This document shows positions 40,085-49,521 of a stretch of 64,000 nucleotides of DNA, in pieces. Position 1 is the stretch's first letter; every line of letters starts with the position of its first letter. Origin of the DNA: an uncultured Heliobacteriaceae bacterium (GTDB lineage Bacteria > Acidobacteriota > Blastocatellia > RBC074); the NCBI GenBank assembly GCA_964631865.1, contig CAZWAK010000007.1, positions 1,934 through 65,933 on the forward strand. The letters run 5' to 3'. The notes under the pieces were generated by a model. It was not told the DNA's origin. It was given only the letters and a program-made list of their open reading frames with translations, and made no database searches. Both the position numbers and the translations under genes were made by a program.

Positions 40085-40507
40085 TTATTGCCAATGTTCA
40101 CTGACGCCCGTGATGCGGTTGATGCGCAGACGAAAGACAATGGTTTCCGCTTGTTCCTGCTTGATCTGAGACTCTACGGGCGTGAGGTGCGGCAACCGCT
40201 GGAACATCGCGCCGAGGATTTGTTCGCGCTCGTCTGCCTCGGTGATCTCTTCGTACTCGCCAAACACAATGACGCTCTTCCAGTTGTAATCATCCACGAC
40301 CTCATCTACTTGCAGGCAAATCTGCGGTTGTGCCCGCATAGCACGAATTTTCAAACCGGGCAGCGAGTGCATATACAGGTCTTCGCCCGTGTACAAATAG
40401 TTGATCGGCAAAACATACGGCTCCTGGTTGACGTTGCAACCCAAACGGCCTAACTGATGAGCTTGCAGTAAAGCCCGTGCATCTTCTTTTCCAAGCGGTT
40501 CAATCAT
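40085..40507 (-). CDS. Pyridoxamine 5'-phosphate oxidase family (NimA-like FMN-binding split-barrel) protein
   Basis: ...LGRLGCNVNQEPYVLPINYLYTGEDLYMHS... Confidence 0.75.
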   Translation of the reverse strand: MIEPLGKEDARALLQAHQLGRLGCNVNQEPYVLPINYLYTGEDLYMHSLPGLKIRAMRAQPQICLQVDEVVDDYNWKSVIVFGEYEEITEADEREQILGAMFQRLPHLTPVESQIKQEQAETIVFRLRINRITGVSEHWQ

Positions 40508-40766
40508 AAGTGAAAATTCCTCTCCGGTTGGGATTCAGGCAAGCAGCGTACCGCTTTCGGGCCGGTACAGCCACTCTAAATCACGCTTTCTCTCGTCGCG
40601 CTCATAATTTTTTATTTTGCCAAAAAAGCGATTGTGCTATTATCCCGCGCCGTAAGGAAGGTAGTAAATTCAGTCCTTAACCGCTGATTCTCAATCAGCG
40701 GTTCGAGAGCAGGTTTTTGCCCGAAAGATTCCTCACCTGCTTGGTAATCCGGTCCCCGAACTCCTT

Positions 40767-41000
40767 TCAGTGTTTCATAGCCCTGTGTCTTTCGCCTGGA
40801 TTGGCAGGTTTTGTTCTTTTATAAATTGCTGGCACTTGATCATTCGTTGACCACACATACACATTATATTGGCTATCTTTTTTCCAAGTTAAGGAAACGG
40901 CTGACTCGAGAGTAGCATCTGACCGCCAGTCGCAATCTTCGGTAAAGTTCTTCACGACTTTGTTTTTCTGGTTCACTTGTTTGGTGTACGGCTTATTCAA
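40767..41000 (-). CDS. Small hypothetical protein in a locally lower-GC segment
   Basis: ORF only. Confidence 0.3.
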   Translation of the reverse strand: MNKPYTKQVNQKNKVVKNFTEDCDWRSDATLESAVSLTWKKDSQYNVYVWSTNDQVPAIYKRTKPANPGERHRAMKH

Positions 41001-41031
41001 CGATCAACTCAATTGATAGGGAGACAACGCT

Positions 41032-41298
41032 ATGAGTGCAGCAATTCAGTTAGTCAATCCACAGGCCATCTATCCTGAAAGAACCGTCGCAGAGGTCGAG
41101 TCCATCACGGTCGGCTCGAACGAACAAAAGCTGCGGCGCGCGCTCGAATACATTCACGAACTGCAAGCGGAAAACCGCCTGCTCCACGCCGAATTGGCGC
41201 GCGCCGAGCGGGCCTTGACGCATCGCGACACGCTGCTGCGCAATGCGATTTTGCGCGAGCAGGAGTTACGGGCGGAGTTGGTCAAAGGAGTTTTTTAA
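41032..41298 (+). CDS. Hypothetical coiled-coil protein
   Basis: ORF with heptad-like ...LRRALEYIHELQAENRLLHAELARAERAL... Confidence 0.4.
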   Translation: MSAAIQLVNPQAIYPERTVAEVESITVGSNEQKLRRALEYIHELQAENRLLHAELARAERALTHRDTLLRNAILREQELRAELVKGVF

Positions 41299-41509
41299 GA
41301 TTTCCGGGAAGTCCTCATAAGCCAGCGATGCTCCTCAACCCAGCCCCCTGCAATCGCTGCTCTTCAGGCCATTCTTCACGAAACTCTTGACCGGCAATCA
41401 GAAGCTTGCGGCTGACAAGCCGAAGCGAAGTGTATAAATGCGACGAGGCTCACCGATGAATGTGCTTCATCAATGAGCCTGCGACGCGCCATCGCTTTGT
41501 GCTGCGGCT

Positions 41510-42193
41510 TCAGCGGACGGGTTTGACTTCCCATTGGGAAAGCGCAGATACCGCCATGCCCATCATCACCCAACGTTTGGGCGTGGTGAGAAAATGGATG
41601 CCCACGCGCCAGAACCCTTCGGCTTGATGGGCGTATTTGACCACGCCTTCCACTTGAAATTGTCCTTCCAGTCCGTTGAGCCGGAGTAAATCGCCGACGC
41701 CGACCTGCCGGTTAAGCGAAACGCAAACGCCGCGCCGACTGACGTTCTCGGTGTAAACTTCGTCCGCAAATCCTTGTCCGAACCGATCCTTGCCCTCGAC
41801 GGTCAGCTTCACGCCCAGCCGCACGCGGGTGTCGCGCAAACGGACGCCGGGCATGTCGTCCACCTCTCTTTCGACACTGCTTTTGTCAATGATCTCCTGC
41901 ACTTTGGCCAGATCGCTTTCCGCAATTTCCAGAAACCGCACGCCCACGCCCACTTCGCTCTGCACAAAACGCACCTGCGCTGTGGCTTGAATAAACGTGC
42001 GATCCGGTAAATTGAGTCGGAGATGCACCAACGCACCGGCTTGCAAGGGTAATTTGGTTGCAATGAAAACCCCTCCGATACTGAGGTTCGTCGCTTTGAC
42101 CCGGTACGTTTCTCCCTGGCAAAACAAAGTTACGGGGTATCCTGTGTCCACGCGGCGATAGCGCCGTTTATCTGTGTAGTTTTCTTTGGTCAT
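41510..42193 (-). CDS. Tandem PilZ domain protein (c-di-GMP receptor-like)
   Basis: RRYRRV...NLSIGGVF and RLRDTRVR...ENVSRRGVCV match the RxxxR / DxSxxG PilZ motifs twice. Confidence 0.75.
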   Translation of the reverse strand: MTKENYTDKRRYRRVDTGYPVTLFCQGETYRVKATNLSIGGVFIATKLPLQAGALVHLRLNLPDRTFIQATAQVRFVQSEVGVGVRFLEIAESDLAKVQEIIDKSSVEREVDDMPGVRLRDTRVRLGVKLTVEGKDRFGQGFADEVYTENVSRRGVCVSLNRQVGVGDLLRLNGLEGQFQVEGVVKYAHQAEGFWRVGIHFLTTPKRWVMMGMAVSALSQWEVKPVR

Positions 42194-42721
42194 GATCGGA
42201 CTCCACTTTTTCTCGTAGTAATCTCAGGGGCACGGGGGCTGCCATCTGTCAGCTTCTTTGTACGCCGCTTTTGTTTTCCCGTTGTTTTAATCTGATGATG
42301 AAGCTGTAACGCCCTGGAAATCTCGCGCTCTCAGAAAGGCTGAGGCCGGGGCCGGAAGTGGTTCGATCAAAGCGTTGATCTGGTGATTTTTCAGAGACTT
42401 AAACCCTCCTTCACTCGGCTCTAACACGGCTTGCCTAGACTTGGCGCGTTCGTTGGAAGCGGAACATCGTCCGCTTCCTTGTGCTGGAACAAGCCCGGTT
42501 GTCTTTGCGAGCTTCGGTCATCCGTTCCAGCGATTCCTGGCTTGACGGGGCGGAAAACGCAAGGGGAGGCGTGTGACGGAGAAGGCGAACGAGAAGTCAT
42601 CCCAGGAAAGGTCATCGCGCCAGCTTGGGGGAGTTGAGCGGGACACGCACTACGGGGGCAAGCCGCATGAACCGGGCACCAGCATCATCACAATTTTGCT
42701 GCTTTTGCTGATACAGGTTTG

Positions 42722-42768
42722 GAGGCGCAGGCAAAGTTAGGGGGAAATTGTCTGCGCCTTTTTTTTTG
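42722..42768 (+). terminator. Rho-independent terminator (plus strand)
   Basis: ggcgcag gcaaagttagggggaaattgt ctgcgcc followed by T9. Confidence 0.6.
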
Positions 42769-42789
42769 CTCGCAACACGGAAGGAGTTT

Positions 42790-42885
42790 ATGCGTCGAGA
42801 TGTTTTAGCCTTTGGCTCTGTCAGCCTGCTGGTCTTTCTCTTATTGGTCGCTACGATCTGGTATTTGCTCCCGCCAGTTCGTTGA
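42790..42885 (+). CDS. Putative 31-aa hydrophobic peptide
   Basis: Strong SD ggaaggag 7 nt upstream of the ATG. MRRDVLAFGSVSLLVFLLLVATIWYLLPPVR. Speculative. Confidence 0.3.
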   Translation: MRRDVLAFGSVSLLVFLLLVATIWYLLPPVR

Positions 42886-43122
42886 ATCGCACCAAATCAT
42901 CGCGCACCGTTGTCGCGTTGCAAGTCGTGAGAACCAGCTTTGCACCGCGCTCCAACAACGCCTCAAACAACAGCACCATTTTGCTTTCGAGATGCACGCT
43001 CCAGCCACACGCCCGTCAAATCGGGCATTGCCGCAATCGCACGTTGCGTGCGCGGCATGTGCAGGCGCATCCAAGCGAGGTCAGTGGCGCTGGCATGGAC
43101 AAAGATGGGGAAGAGAATGAAT

Positions 43123-43219
43123 TGCGATGCCACGCGAAGCGTTTCTCAGTGCTGCGGCTTGACGTAGCTTTGGCATCGCTACGAAGACAAAAGCGACGTC
43201 GAGACCGTCGCACTCCAAA
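43123..43219. repeat. About 95-nt structured element, copy B, 17 bp downstream of the second TBDR stop
   Basis: See copy A at 32657-32750. Same orientation relative to the upstream TBDR gene. Confidence 0.8.
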
Positions 43220-43235
43220 CGCTTCGCGTGAACGA

Positions 43236-46200
43236 TCAAAACGTGAACTTCACCGCCAACTGCAATTGACGCGGGTCGCCCACGCCTTGCCGCAGGAAGC
43301 CGTCAAAATTGAACAGCCCCGGCGTAATCAGCGGATTGATGAGGTTCCGGTTATTGAAGGTATTGAACATCTCGATGGTCGGAATCAGTGCGAAGCGTTC
43401 GCCGCCGAAACGGAACGGACGCGACACGCGCCAATCGAACGAGAAGAATTCGTTTTCCTTGCGCGTCGTGTTGCGGTTCGTCGCCGTCCGCGTGCCCGGC
43501 GTGATCGGTTGCGCGGAACGAGCCTGAATGCGCGTGTTCACCTGCAAACCGCCCCAGATTTCGCCGTAGAGCAGGAAGTTGAATTTGTGGCGAATGTCGC
43601 GGTCGGAGAGCGCGTAATCGAGGCGCAGATTGCGGATGTCGAACGAACGATCTGAGAACGGGTCGCGTTCGTTGGAGTCGTCGTCCAGGTCTTTCGACCA
43701 CACGTAATTGCCGTCCAATTGAAAACCTCTGCTCAGCCGTTTGCGCACACCGATTGTGAAGCCACGATAGAGCGATTTGCCGACTGAACTTGTAATCGCC
43801 GTTTCATCCAGATACGGCGCGAAGATGCCTAGGCGTCCGTAGTTCAAAAAGCGCGTCAGCCGCACGCCTTTGGAATGCGTGAAGTCGAGATAGAGCGCCG
43901 TGTCCGTAGCAATCTGTTGCTCAAACTGCACGTTCGTCGTGTAAATACGCGGGTTCGTGTAATCGCGGCTGAACGCGCGCACGCCTGAAAAACACGGGAA
44001 CGGATTGGTGCCGAGCGAGCCGCTACAGGTTTGTGCCGTCGGCGTCAGCACGCCCGGCCACGTCGGCGCAGGCAAGCCGAACCCGATCAACTCTGTGTTG
44101 CGGAAGATGGTTTGTTGCTGCACGCCGTTCGTCGTGATCGAACCGACTTGCGACAACATATTTTGCCGCGCGTTGTAAATGCCCCACGAAGCGCGCAGCA
44201 CCGATTTGCTGTTGTTTGCGAAATCCCACGCGAAGCCGATGCGCGGTTGGAACATCTTCCATTGATCGGGCAACGTGCCATCGGACGGGAAACGCGGATC
44301 GCGCAGGAACAAACCGTACGCCGTTTTGGCAGGCTCAACCGTTGGGTTCGGCAAGACCTGTGCTTCCCAACGCAAACCGAACTGCCACGTGAAGCCGGGA
44401 CGCCATTGCCATTTGTCCTGCACGAACGCCGCGAACTCATCGTTGTTGATGTCAGACGCACCGGCTGCATCAGTAGCGGGGCCGCTGGGGCCTGCGCCTT
44501 GCAAATACAACAGCAACGGGCCGCCTGTCGCCGTCGTTCCAGTTGGACAAGCGGCTGTCGCGGCGACATACGTTCCGTTCGAGCAGCCTTTGATGTTTGG
44601 CCCGAATCCTGCGCCCAGGCTCGCGGGCGAGGCATAACGTAAAAATCCGGTCACGCTGTCAAAGATGTAGCGCGCGGTGAAGAAGCCGCGAAAGACCTGT
44701 GTGTTGTTGCTGCGAATGTATTCGCCGCCGAATTTCAGGTTGTGTCCGCCCGCGATGATGGAGAAGCTGTCGCGCACCTGAAACCGCTGGAACAATTCAT
44801 CAATGCCGGGTTGTATAAAGAACGGGCTGCCGAAACGAAACGTCGTGGCAAAGCCCATCGCCGTGTCCGCCGGGACGTTCGATTGCACGGCGCTGCGCGG
44901 ACGATCTTCGCGCGAAAACGTCGCGTGAAATTCATTGAGCTTCGTGCTGGACAACGATGAGTACAGGTTCCAATTCAGCACATTGATTTTGCCCGGCCCT
45001 TCCGTGCCGTTCGCCGAATTGCCATACGTCGCCACATCGAAAGTTTCGTTGTCTTTGCGCGAGCGGCTGAAGTTGTATGAAAACGCAAAATCATTGGCAT
45101 CGCTGAATTTCCAATCCAGTTTGCCCAAAAACGCCGACGTATTGACCGGTTTTTTCAGCGGCAAGCCTTCGTCCTGTTGGCGCGTGGTTTTGAAAAAGTT
45201 GATGAGCGCGAGGCGTTGGCAATCGGCGCTGCTGTTGATGAGGGCTTCGTTGGCCTGAATCGTCGGAGCTTGAAGGCTGCACGGCGTGCCAATCGGCACA
45301 CTCAAATTCGCGCGCGTGAAGTTGCCAGTGATTTGCTCGAACGCGCCGAAGAAAAACGCTTTGTCCTGCACCAGCGGGCCGCCCAGCGTGCCGCCGAATT
45401 GCTCACGGTGAAAATCTTTGAGCGAATTGCCATCGGACGTTTTGGCCGTCATGTTTTCGTGGCGTTGGAAATGAAAGATCGTGCCGCGAAAATTATTCGT
45501 GCCGGATTTGGTGATGACGTTCACGACACCGCCTGCGGTGCGTCCGAATTCAGCCGATGCGCCCGTCGCCACGACCTGAAATTCCTTGATCGCGTCGAGC
45601 GTGATGTCAATGGCCGCGCGCTGTCCGCCGACCTGTTCGCCGAAGAAGCCGTTGTTGTAATCGCCGCCGTCCAAACTGATGTTATTGAAGACGCCGCGTT
45701 GCCCGGCAAAATTGACGACATCGCCGTCCGGCCCTTGCGTGACGCTGACGCCGGGCGTCAGCGTGAGCATATCCAGAAACTTGCGCCCCAGCACTGGCGT
45801 GTTGGAGACCGCGACTTCATTGAGCGTCGAACTGGATTCGGTTTTCACGGTGTCAATCGTCGGCGCACTGGTGATCGTGATGGTTTCTTCCACTGACGAA
45901 ACTTTCATTTGCAACGACAAACTGATCGTTTGTCCGACCGTTAACGAAAGGCTTTCCTGTCGCAGTTTGGCGTAGCCTTGCTTCGCTACTTGCAACTCGT
46001 AACGACCCGGTTGCAATTGCAAAAAAGCAAAGCGCCCTTCCGCATCTGAAACCAAAACTCTCGTCAAATTATTGTCCAGATTTTTGGCTTCAATATTCGC
46101 ACCGGGCACGACTGCGCCGGCCTGATCGGTGACGGTTCCCTGAATAACGCCGGTCGTGCTTTGGGTTTGAGCGAAAGCGGGGAGAGAACATAAAAGCAAT

Positions 46201-46237
46201 AATAAGAGGCTGATGCCTCGTCGTAGATGACAAATCA
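43236..46237 (-). CDS. TonB-dependent receptor with an N-terminal carboxypeptidase regulatory-like domain
   Basis: Signal peptide MICHLRRGISLLLLLLCSLPAFAQ, ...GTVTDQAGAVVPGANIEAKN..., about 1000 aa, terminal ...LAVKFTF. Confidence 0.8.
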
Positions 46238-46503
46238 TTGGCGTGCTCCTTCTCGAAAAAAATAACCTGTGTCTCAAGTTTCTTGTGACCGCATTTGATG
46301 GCTGGCGATTGTATGAAGCCATCCCGCATTCGGCAAGGGCTGGGAAAGATTTTTGCGCAAATCAAATCCATGTTAGCGCGAGGTTAAGCGGAGCCAATAT
46401 TAACAGGGGTTTGCTGCATCATTTTGACAATGTGAGCGAGGATGGCCACAATGCAGGCGCGTCGTTTTTCTTCGTCAAAATGTTCCGAAACTGAGGAGGT
46501 CTT

Positions 46504-47268
46504 TTGCGCTACCAACTCGCGCTCACACGCAAGCCGGGCAACTCGTTTCGCCAGGGCATCACGACCGCCCAACTCGGTGCGCCGAACATCGCGCTGGCCT
46601 TGCAGCAACACGCACAATACGTTGCCGCGCTCCGAGCCTGTGGCCTTGTGGTGCTTGAGCGGGAAGCCGATGAGCGATTCCCCGATGGTTGTTTTGTCGA
46701 AGACACGGCGCTCATCACCGCCGAATTCGCGGTCATCACGAATCCTGGTGCGCCGAGCCGACGCGGCGAAACGGCGGCGATAGCGGCGGTGTTGCAGCAG
46801 TATCGCCCGCTGAAGTTTTTGCCTCAGGCAGTAACGTTGGACGGCGGCGATGTGTTGTTGATTGAGCAAACTTTTTACGTCGGCCTTTCGGCACGCACGA
46901 CGATGGAAGCCGCGTCAGCATTGGCCGAAATCGTTCAGCCACACGGTTACGAAGTGGTTCCCATCGTGGTCGCAGACATCCTGCATTTGAAAACCAGCGT
47001 TTGTTACCTGGGCGATAAAACGATTGTCGCCACGCAACAATTCGCTGGTTGCTCTGAGTTTCGAGACTACCAAAAAATCGTGACGTTGCCCGCCGAAGAC
47101 TACGCCGCGAATTGTTTGCGCATCAATGACCACATCGTGATGGCGGCGGGCTTCCCGGAGTTGAAACGCAAGCTGCAACAACTTGAATGTCCGGTGCTGG
47201 AAGTGGAAATGAGCGAGTTCCGCAAGATGGATGGCGGGCTGACCTGTTGTTCGCTGTTGTTGTCATAG
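46504..47268 (+). CDS. N(G),N(G)-dimethylarginine dimethylaminohydrolase (DDAH) family protein
   Basis: ...ERFPDGCFVEDTALI...PSRRGET...HLKT...YAANCLRIND...FRKMDGGLTCCSL parallels the Pseudomonas DDAH motifs, including the C-terminal catalytic Cys. Confidence 0.8.
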   Translation: MRYQLALTRKPGNSFRQGITTAQLGAPNIALALQQHAQYVAALRACGLVVLEREADERFPDGCFVEDTALITAEFAVITNPGAPSRRGETAAIAAVLQQYRPLKFLPQAVTLDGGDVLLIEQTFYVGLSARTTMEAASALAEIVQPHGYEVVPIVVADILHLKTSVCYLGDKTIVATQQFAGCSEFRDYQKIVTLPAEDYAANCLRINDHIVMAAGFPELKRKLQQLECPVLEVEMSEFRKMDGGLTCCSLLLS

Positions 47269-47277
47269 GAGTGAAAT

Positions 47278-48528
47278 ATGAAATTGCTTGTCACGCTGAT
47301 GAGCCTGTGTTTATTGAGTCTCGCGCCCGTTTGGGGGCAAACGAAAGCCAAATCGTTCCTCACCTCTGAACTGATTTTTCCGCTCGAACATTGGCACAAC
47401 CACGCTTCGTGCATCGTCGAAGCGCCCAACGGCGATCTGCTTGTCTGCTGGTTTCACGGCTCCGGCGAACGCCAAGCGGACGATGTGATCGTTGAGGGCG
47501 CACGTTTGAAAAAAGGCGCGAAGCAATGGTCGCCGCGCTTCACGATGGCCGACACGCCGGGCTATCCCGACACGAATTGCACGATGTTCGTTGATCCAAA
47601 CAATCGCCTGTGGCTGCTGTGGCCGACGATTATGGCGAACCTGTGGGAAAGCGCGTTGATGAAATACAAAATTGCTTCGCAGTGGACAGGCACAGGTGCG
47701 CCGAAGTGGGACGTGCAGGAAGTCTTGCACGTCACGCCGGGACAAGAGTTCGTGGACGGTGTGAACAAGGCGATGGATCAACTGGAACACACGAACGCGC
47801 AATCGTCAGAATATCCGCGCGAAACCTTGCAAGCTTACATCGCACGAATGCGCAAGATGGCTGCCGACAAACTCACGCGCCGCATCGGTTGGATGACGCG
47901 CGCGCATCCGTTTGTTTTGGACAACAAGCGCCTCATCGTGCCGCTCTATTCCGATGGCTTTTCAATTTCGTTGATGGCGATTACAGACGATTGGGGCCAG
48001 ACGTGGCACACAAGCACGCCGCTGGTCGGCGGCGGCAACATTCAACCGAGCATCGTGCGCAAGCGCGATGGCACGCTCTACACGCTGATGCGCGACAACG
48101 GCCCGCCGCCGAAACGCCTGCATCAAAGCGAATCGAAAGACAACGGCGAAACCTGGTCGCCCGTGACCGACAGCGAACATCCGAATCCCGGCTCCGGCGC
48201 TGAAATCATTGGTTTGCGCAACGGGCATTGGGCGTTGATTTCCAACGACACCGAACGCGGTCGCCACAGCCTCGCCGTTGCCATTTCCGACGACGAAGGC
48301 AAAACGTGGAAATGGAAACGTCATCTCGAACTTGATACCTCAGCCGAAGCCAGTTCGTTTCACTACCCCTCGCTCCTCCAAGCCAAAGACGGCACGTTGC
48401 ACGCCACCTACAGTTATTTCGTGAATAAAAAAGAAGTGCCTGTGGACAAAGACGGCAAGCCGATGCGCAAGGCGATCAAGCACGCGCATTTCAATGAAGA
48501 GTGGGTGATGGAAGGCAATTCCAAGTAA
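47278..48528 (+). CDS. Secreted BNR/Asp-box repeat exo-alpha-sialidase-like glycoside hydrolase
   Basis: Signal peptide and Asp-boxes TDDWGQTW, SKDNGETW, SDDEGKTW. Confidence 0.7.
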   Translation: MKLLVTLMSLCLLSLAPVWGQTKAKSFLTSELIFPLEHWHNHASCIVEAPNGDLLVCWFHGSGERQADDVIVEGARLKKGAKQWSPRFTMADTPGYPDTNCTMFVDPNNRLWLLWPTIMANLWESALMKYKIASQWTGTGAPKWDVQEVLHVTPGQEFVDGVNKAMDQLEHTNAQSSEYPRETLQAYIARMRKMAADKLTRRIGWMTRAHPFVLDNKRLIVPLYSDGFSISLMAITDDWGQTWHTSTPLVGGGNIQPSIVRKRDGTLYTLMRDNGPPPKRLHQSESKDNGETWSPVTDSEHPNPGSGAEIIGLRNGHWALISNDTERGRHSLAVAISDDEGKTWKWKRHLELDTSAEASSFHYPSLLQAKDGTLHATYSYFVNKKEVPVDKDGKPMRKAIKHAHFNEEWVMEGNSK

Positions 48529-48547
48529 AGCTGCGCCCGCGAACACA

Positions 48548-48624
48548 GGCGTCAAGAGTACGCGCTTCAGCGTGATTTTGCTTTCGATGACAAACCCTCA
48601 CGCTGAAGCGTGTACTCATGACAC
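48548..48624. terminator. 28-bp-stem hairpin between the convergent sialidase-like and murQ genes. Second member of the palindromic element family.
   Basis: ggcgtcaagagtacgcgcttcagcgtga ... tcacgctgaagcgtgtactcatgacacc, then tctttt. Confidence 0.65.
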
Positions 48625-48630
48625 CTCTTT

Positions 48631-49521
48631 TCACGATTTCAGTTCAGCCACAGCCTGCGCGACCAATTGATTCGACTTTGCCAACGCCGCGTCTGCGATC
48701 TCCCGATTTACATTCGCTTGCTGCATCACGAGCGCCACAGGCAATCGCCAATCCGCTGCTTCCAACACGGCGCGCGCTGTCGCGGCATCTACCTTGCATT
48801 CGTCCTGCACGATGCCGACCGCGCGTTCGCGCAGCTTGATGTTTTTGGTTTGCAGGTTCGCCATGCGATTGCCCTTCACATAGCCGAGCCGCACCAGCGC
48901 CATCGTCGAAAGCATATTCAGCACGAGCTTTTGTGCGGTGCCGGATTTCAGCCGCGTCGAACCGGCGATGACTTCGGGGCCGACAATCGGTTCAATTGGA
49001 ATTTCGACCGCTGCCGCGAGTGCGGTGTTCGCGTTGCACGTGATGCACGCGGTCAATGCGCCGAGTTGCCGTGCGTATTCGACTGCGCCGATGGTGTACG
49101 GCGTGCGACCGCTCGCAGCAATGCCGACGACGACATCGTTGGCGTTGACGTGGCGCGCTTGCAAATCGCTCGCGCCCGCGGCGCGATCATCTTCGGAGGC
49201 TTCGACGGCTTTGTAACAAGCTTCGTAGCCGCCTGCGATGATGCCTTGCACGAGTTCGGGCGACACGCCAAACGTCGGCGGACATTCCGCAGCGTCGAGC
49301 ACGCCCAAGCGTCCGCTCGTGCCTGTGCCGACGTACAACAAACGGCCTCCGCGCGCGAGCCGTTCGACGATTGCGTCAACGGCGTTCGCAATCGCGGGCA
49401 GGACTTGCGCAATGGCATCGGCGACTTTTTTGTCTTCGGCATTGATGATTTGTAAGGCTTCGAGCGTAGAGACGCGATCAATTTCTGCGGTGTTGGGGTT
49501 GGGTTGTTCAGTGGTGGTCAT
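48631..49521 (-). CDS. murQ: N-acetylmuramic acid 6-phosphate etherase
   Basis: SIS domain ...LLYVGTGTSGRLGVLDAAECPPTFG... Confidence 0.85.
   Translation of the reverse strand: MTTTEQPNPNTAEIDRVSTLEALQIINAEDKKVADAIAQVLPAIANAVDAIVERLARGGRLLYVGTGTSGRLGVLDAAECPPTFGVSPELVQGIIAGGYEACYKAVEASEDDRAAGASDLQARHVNANDVVVGIAASGRTPYTIGAVEYARQLGALTACITCNANTALAAAVEIPIEPIVGPEVIAGSTRLKSGTAQKLVLNMLSTMALVRLGYVKGNRMANLQTKNIKLRERAVGIVQDECKVDAATARAVLEAADWRLPVALVMQQANVNREIADAALAKSNQLVAQAVAELKS

Noticed and set aside
40677-40720. Hairpin aaccgctgatt-ctc-aatcagcggtt followed by gttttt
   Set aside because: An 11-bp perfect stem, but the T-run is 10 nt downstream. There is no plus-strand gene upstream to terminate. It is oriented wrongly for the minus-strand small ORF. 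It is left as an unexplained hairpin.
41400-41510. Third copy of the TBDR-associated structured element downstream of the PilZ gene
   Set aside because: Only a 12-14-nt match (gtgctgcggcttcagcgg) and no recognisable stems. It is probably chance similarity.
42882-43655. 257-aa ORF on the plus strand
   Set aside because: It lies antisense to the 3' part of the TBDR gene 43236-46237 and across the conserved intergenic element. It has an Arg/Ala-rich low-complexity composition typical of GC-rich antisense frames.
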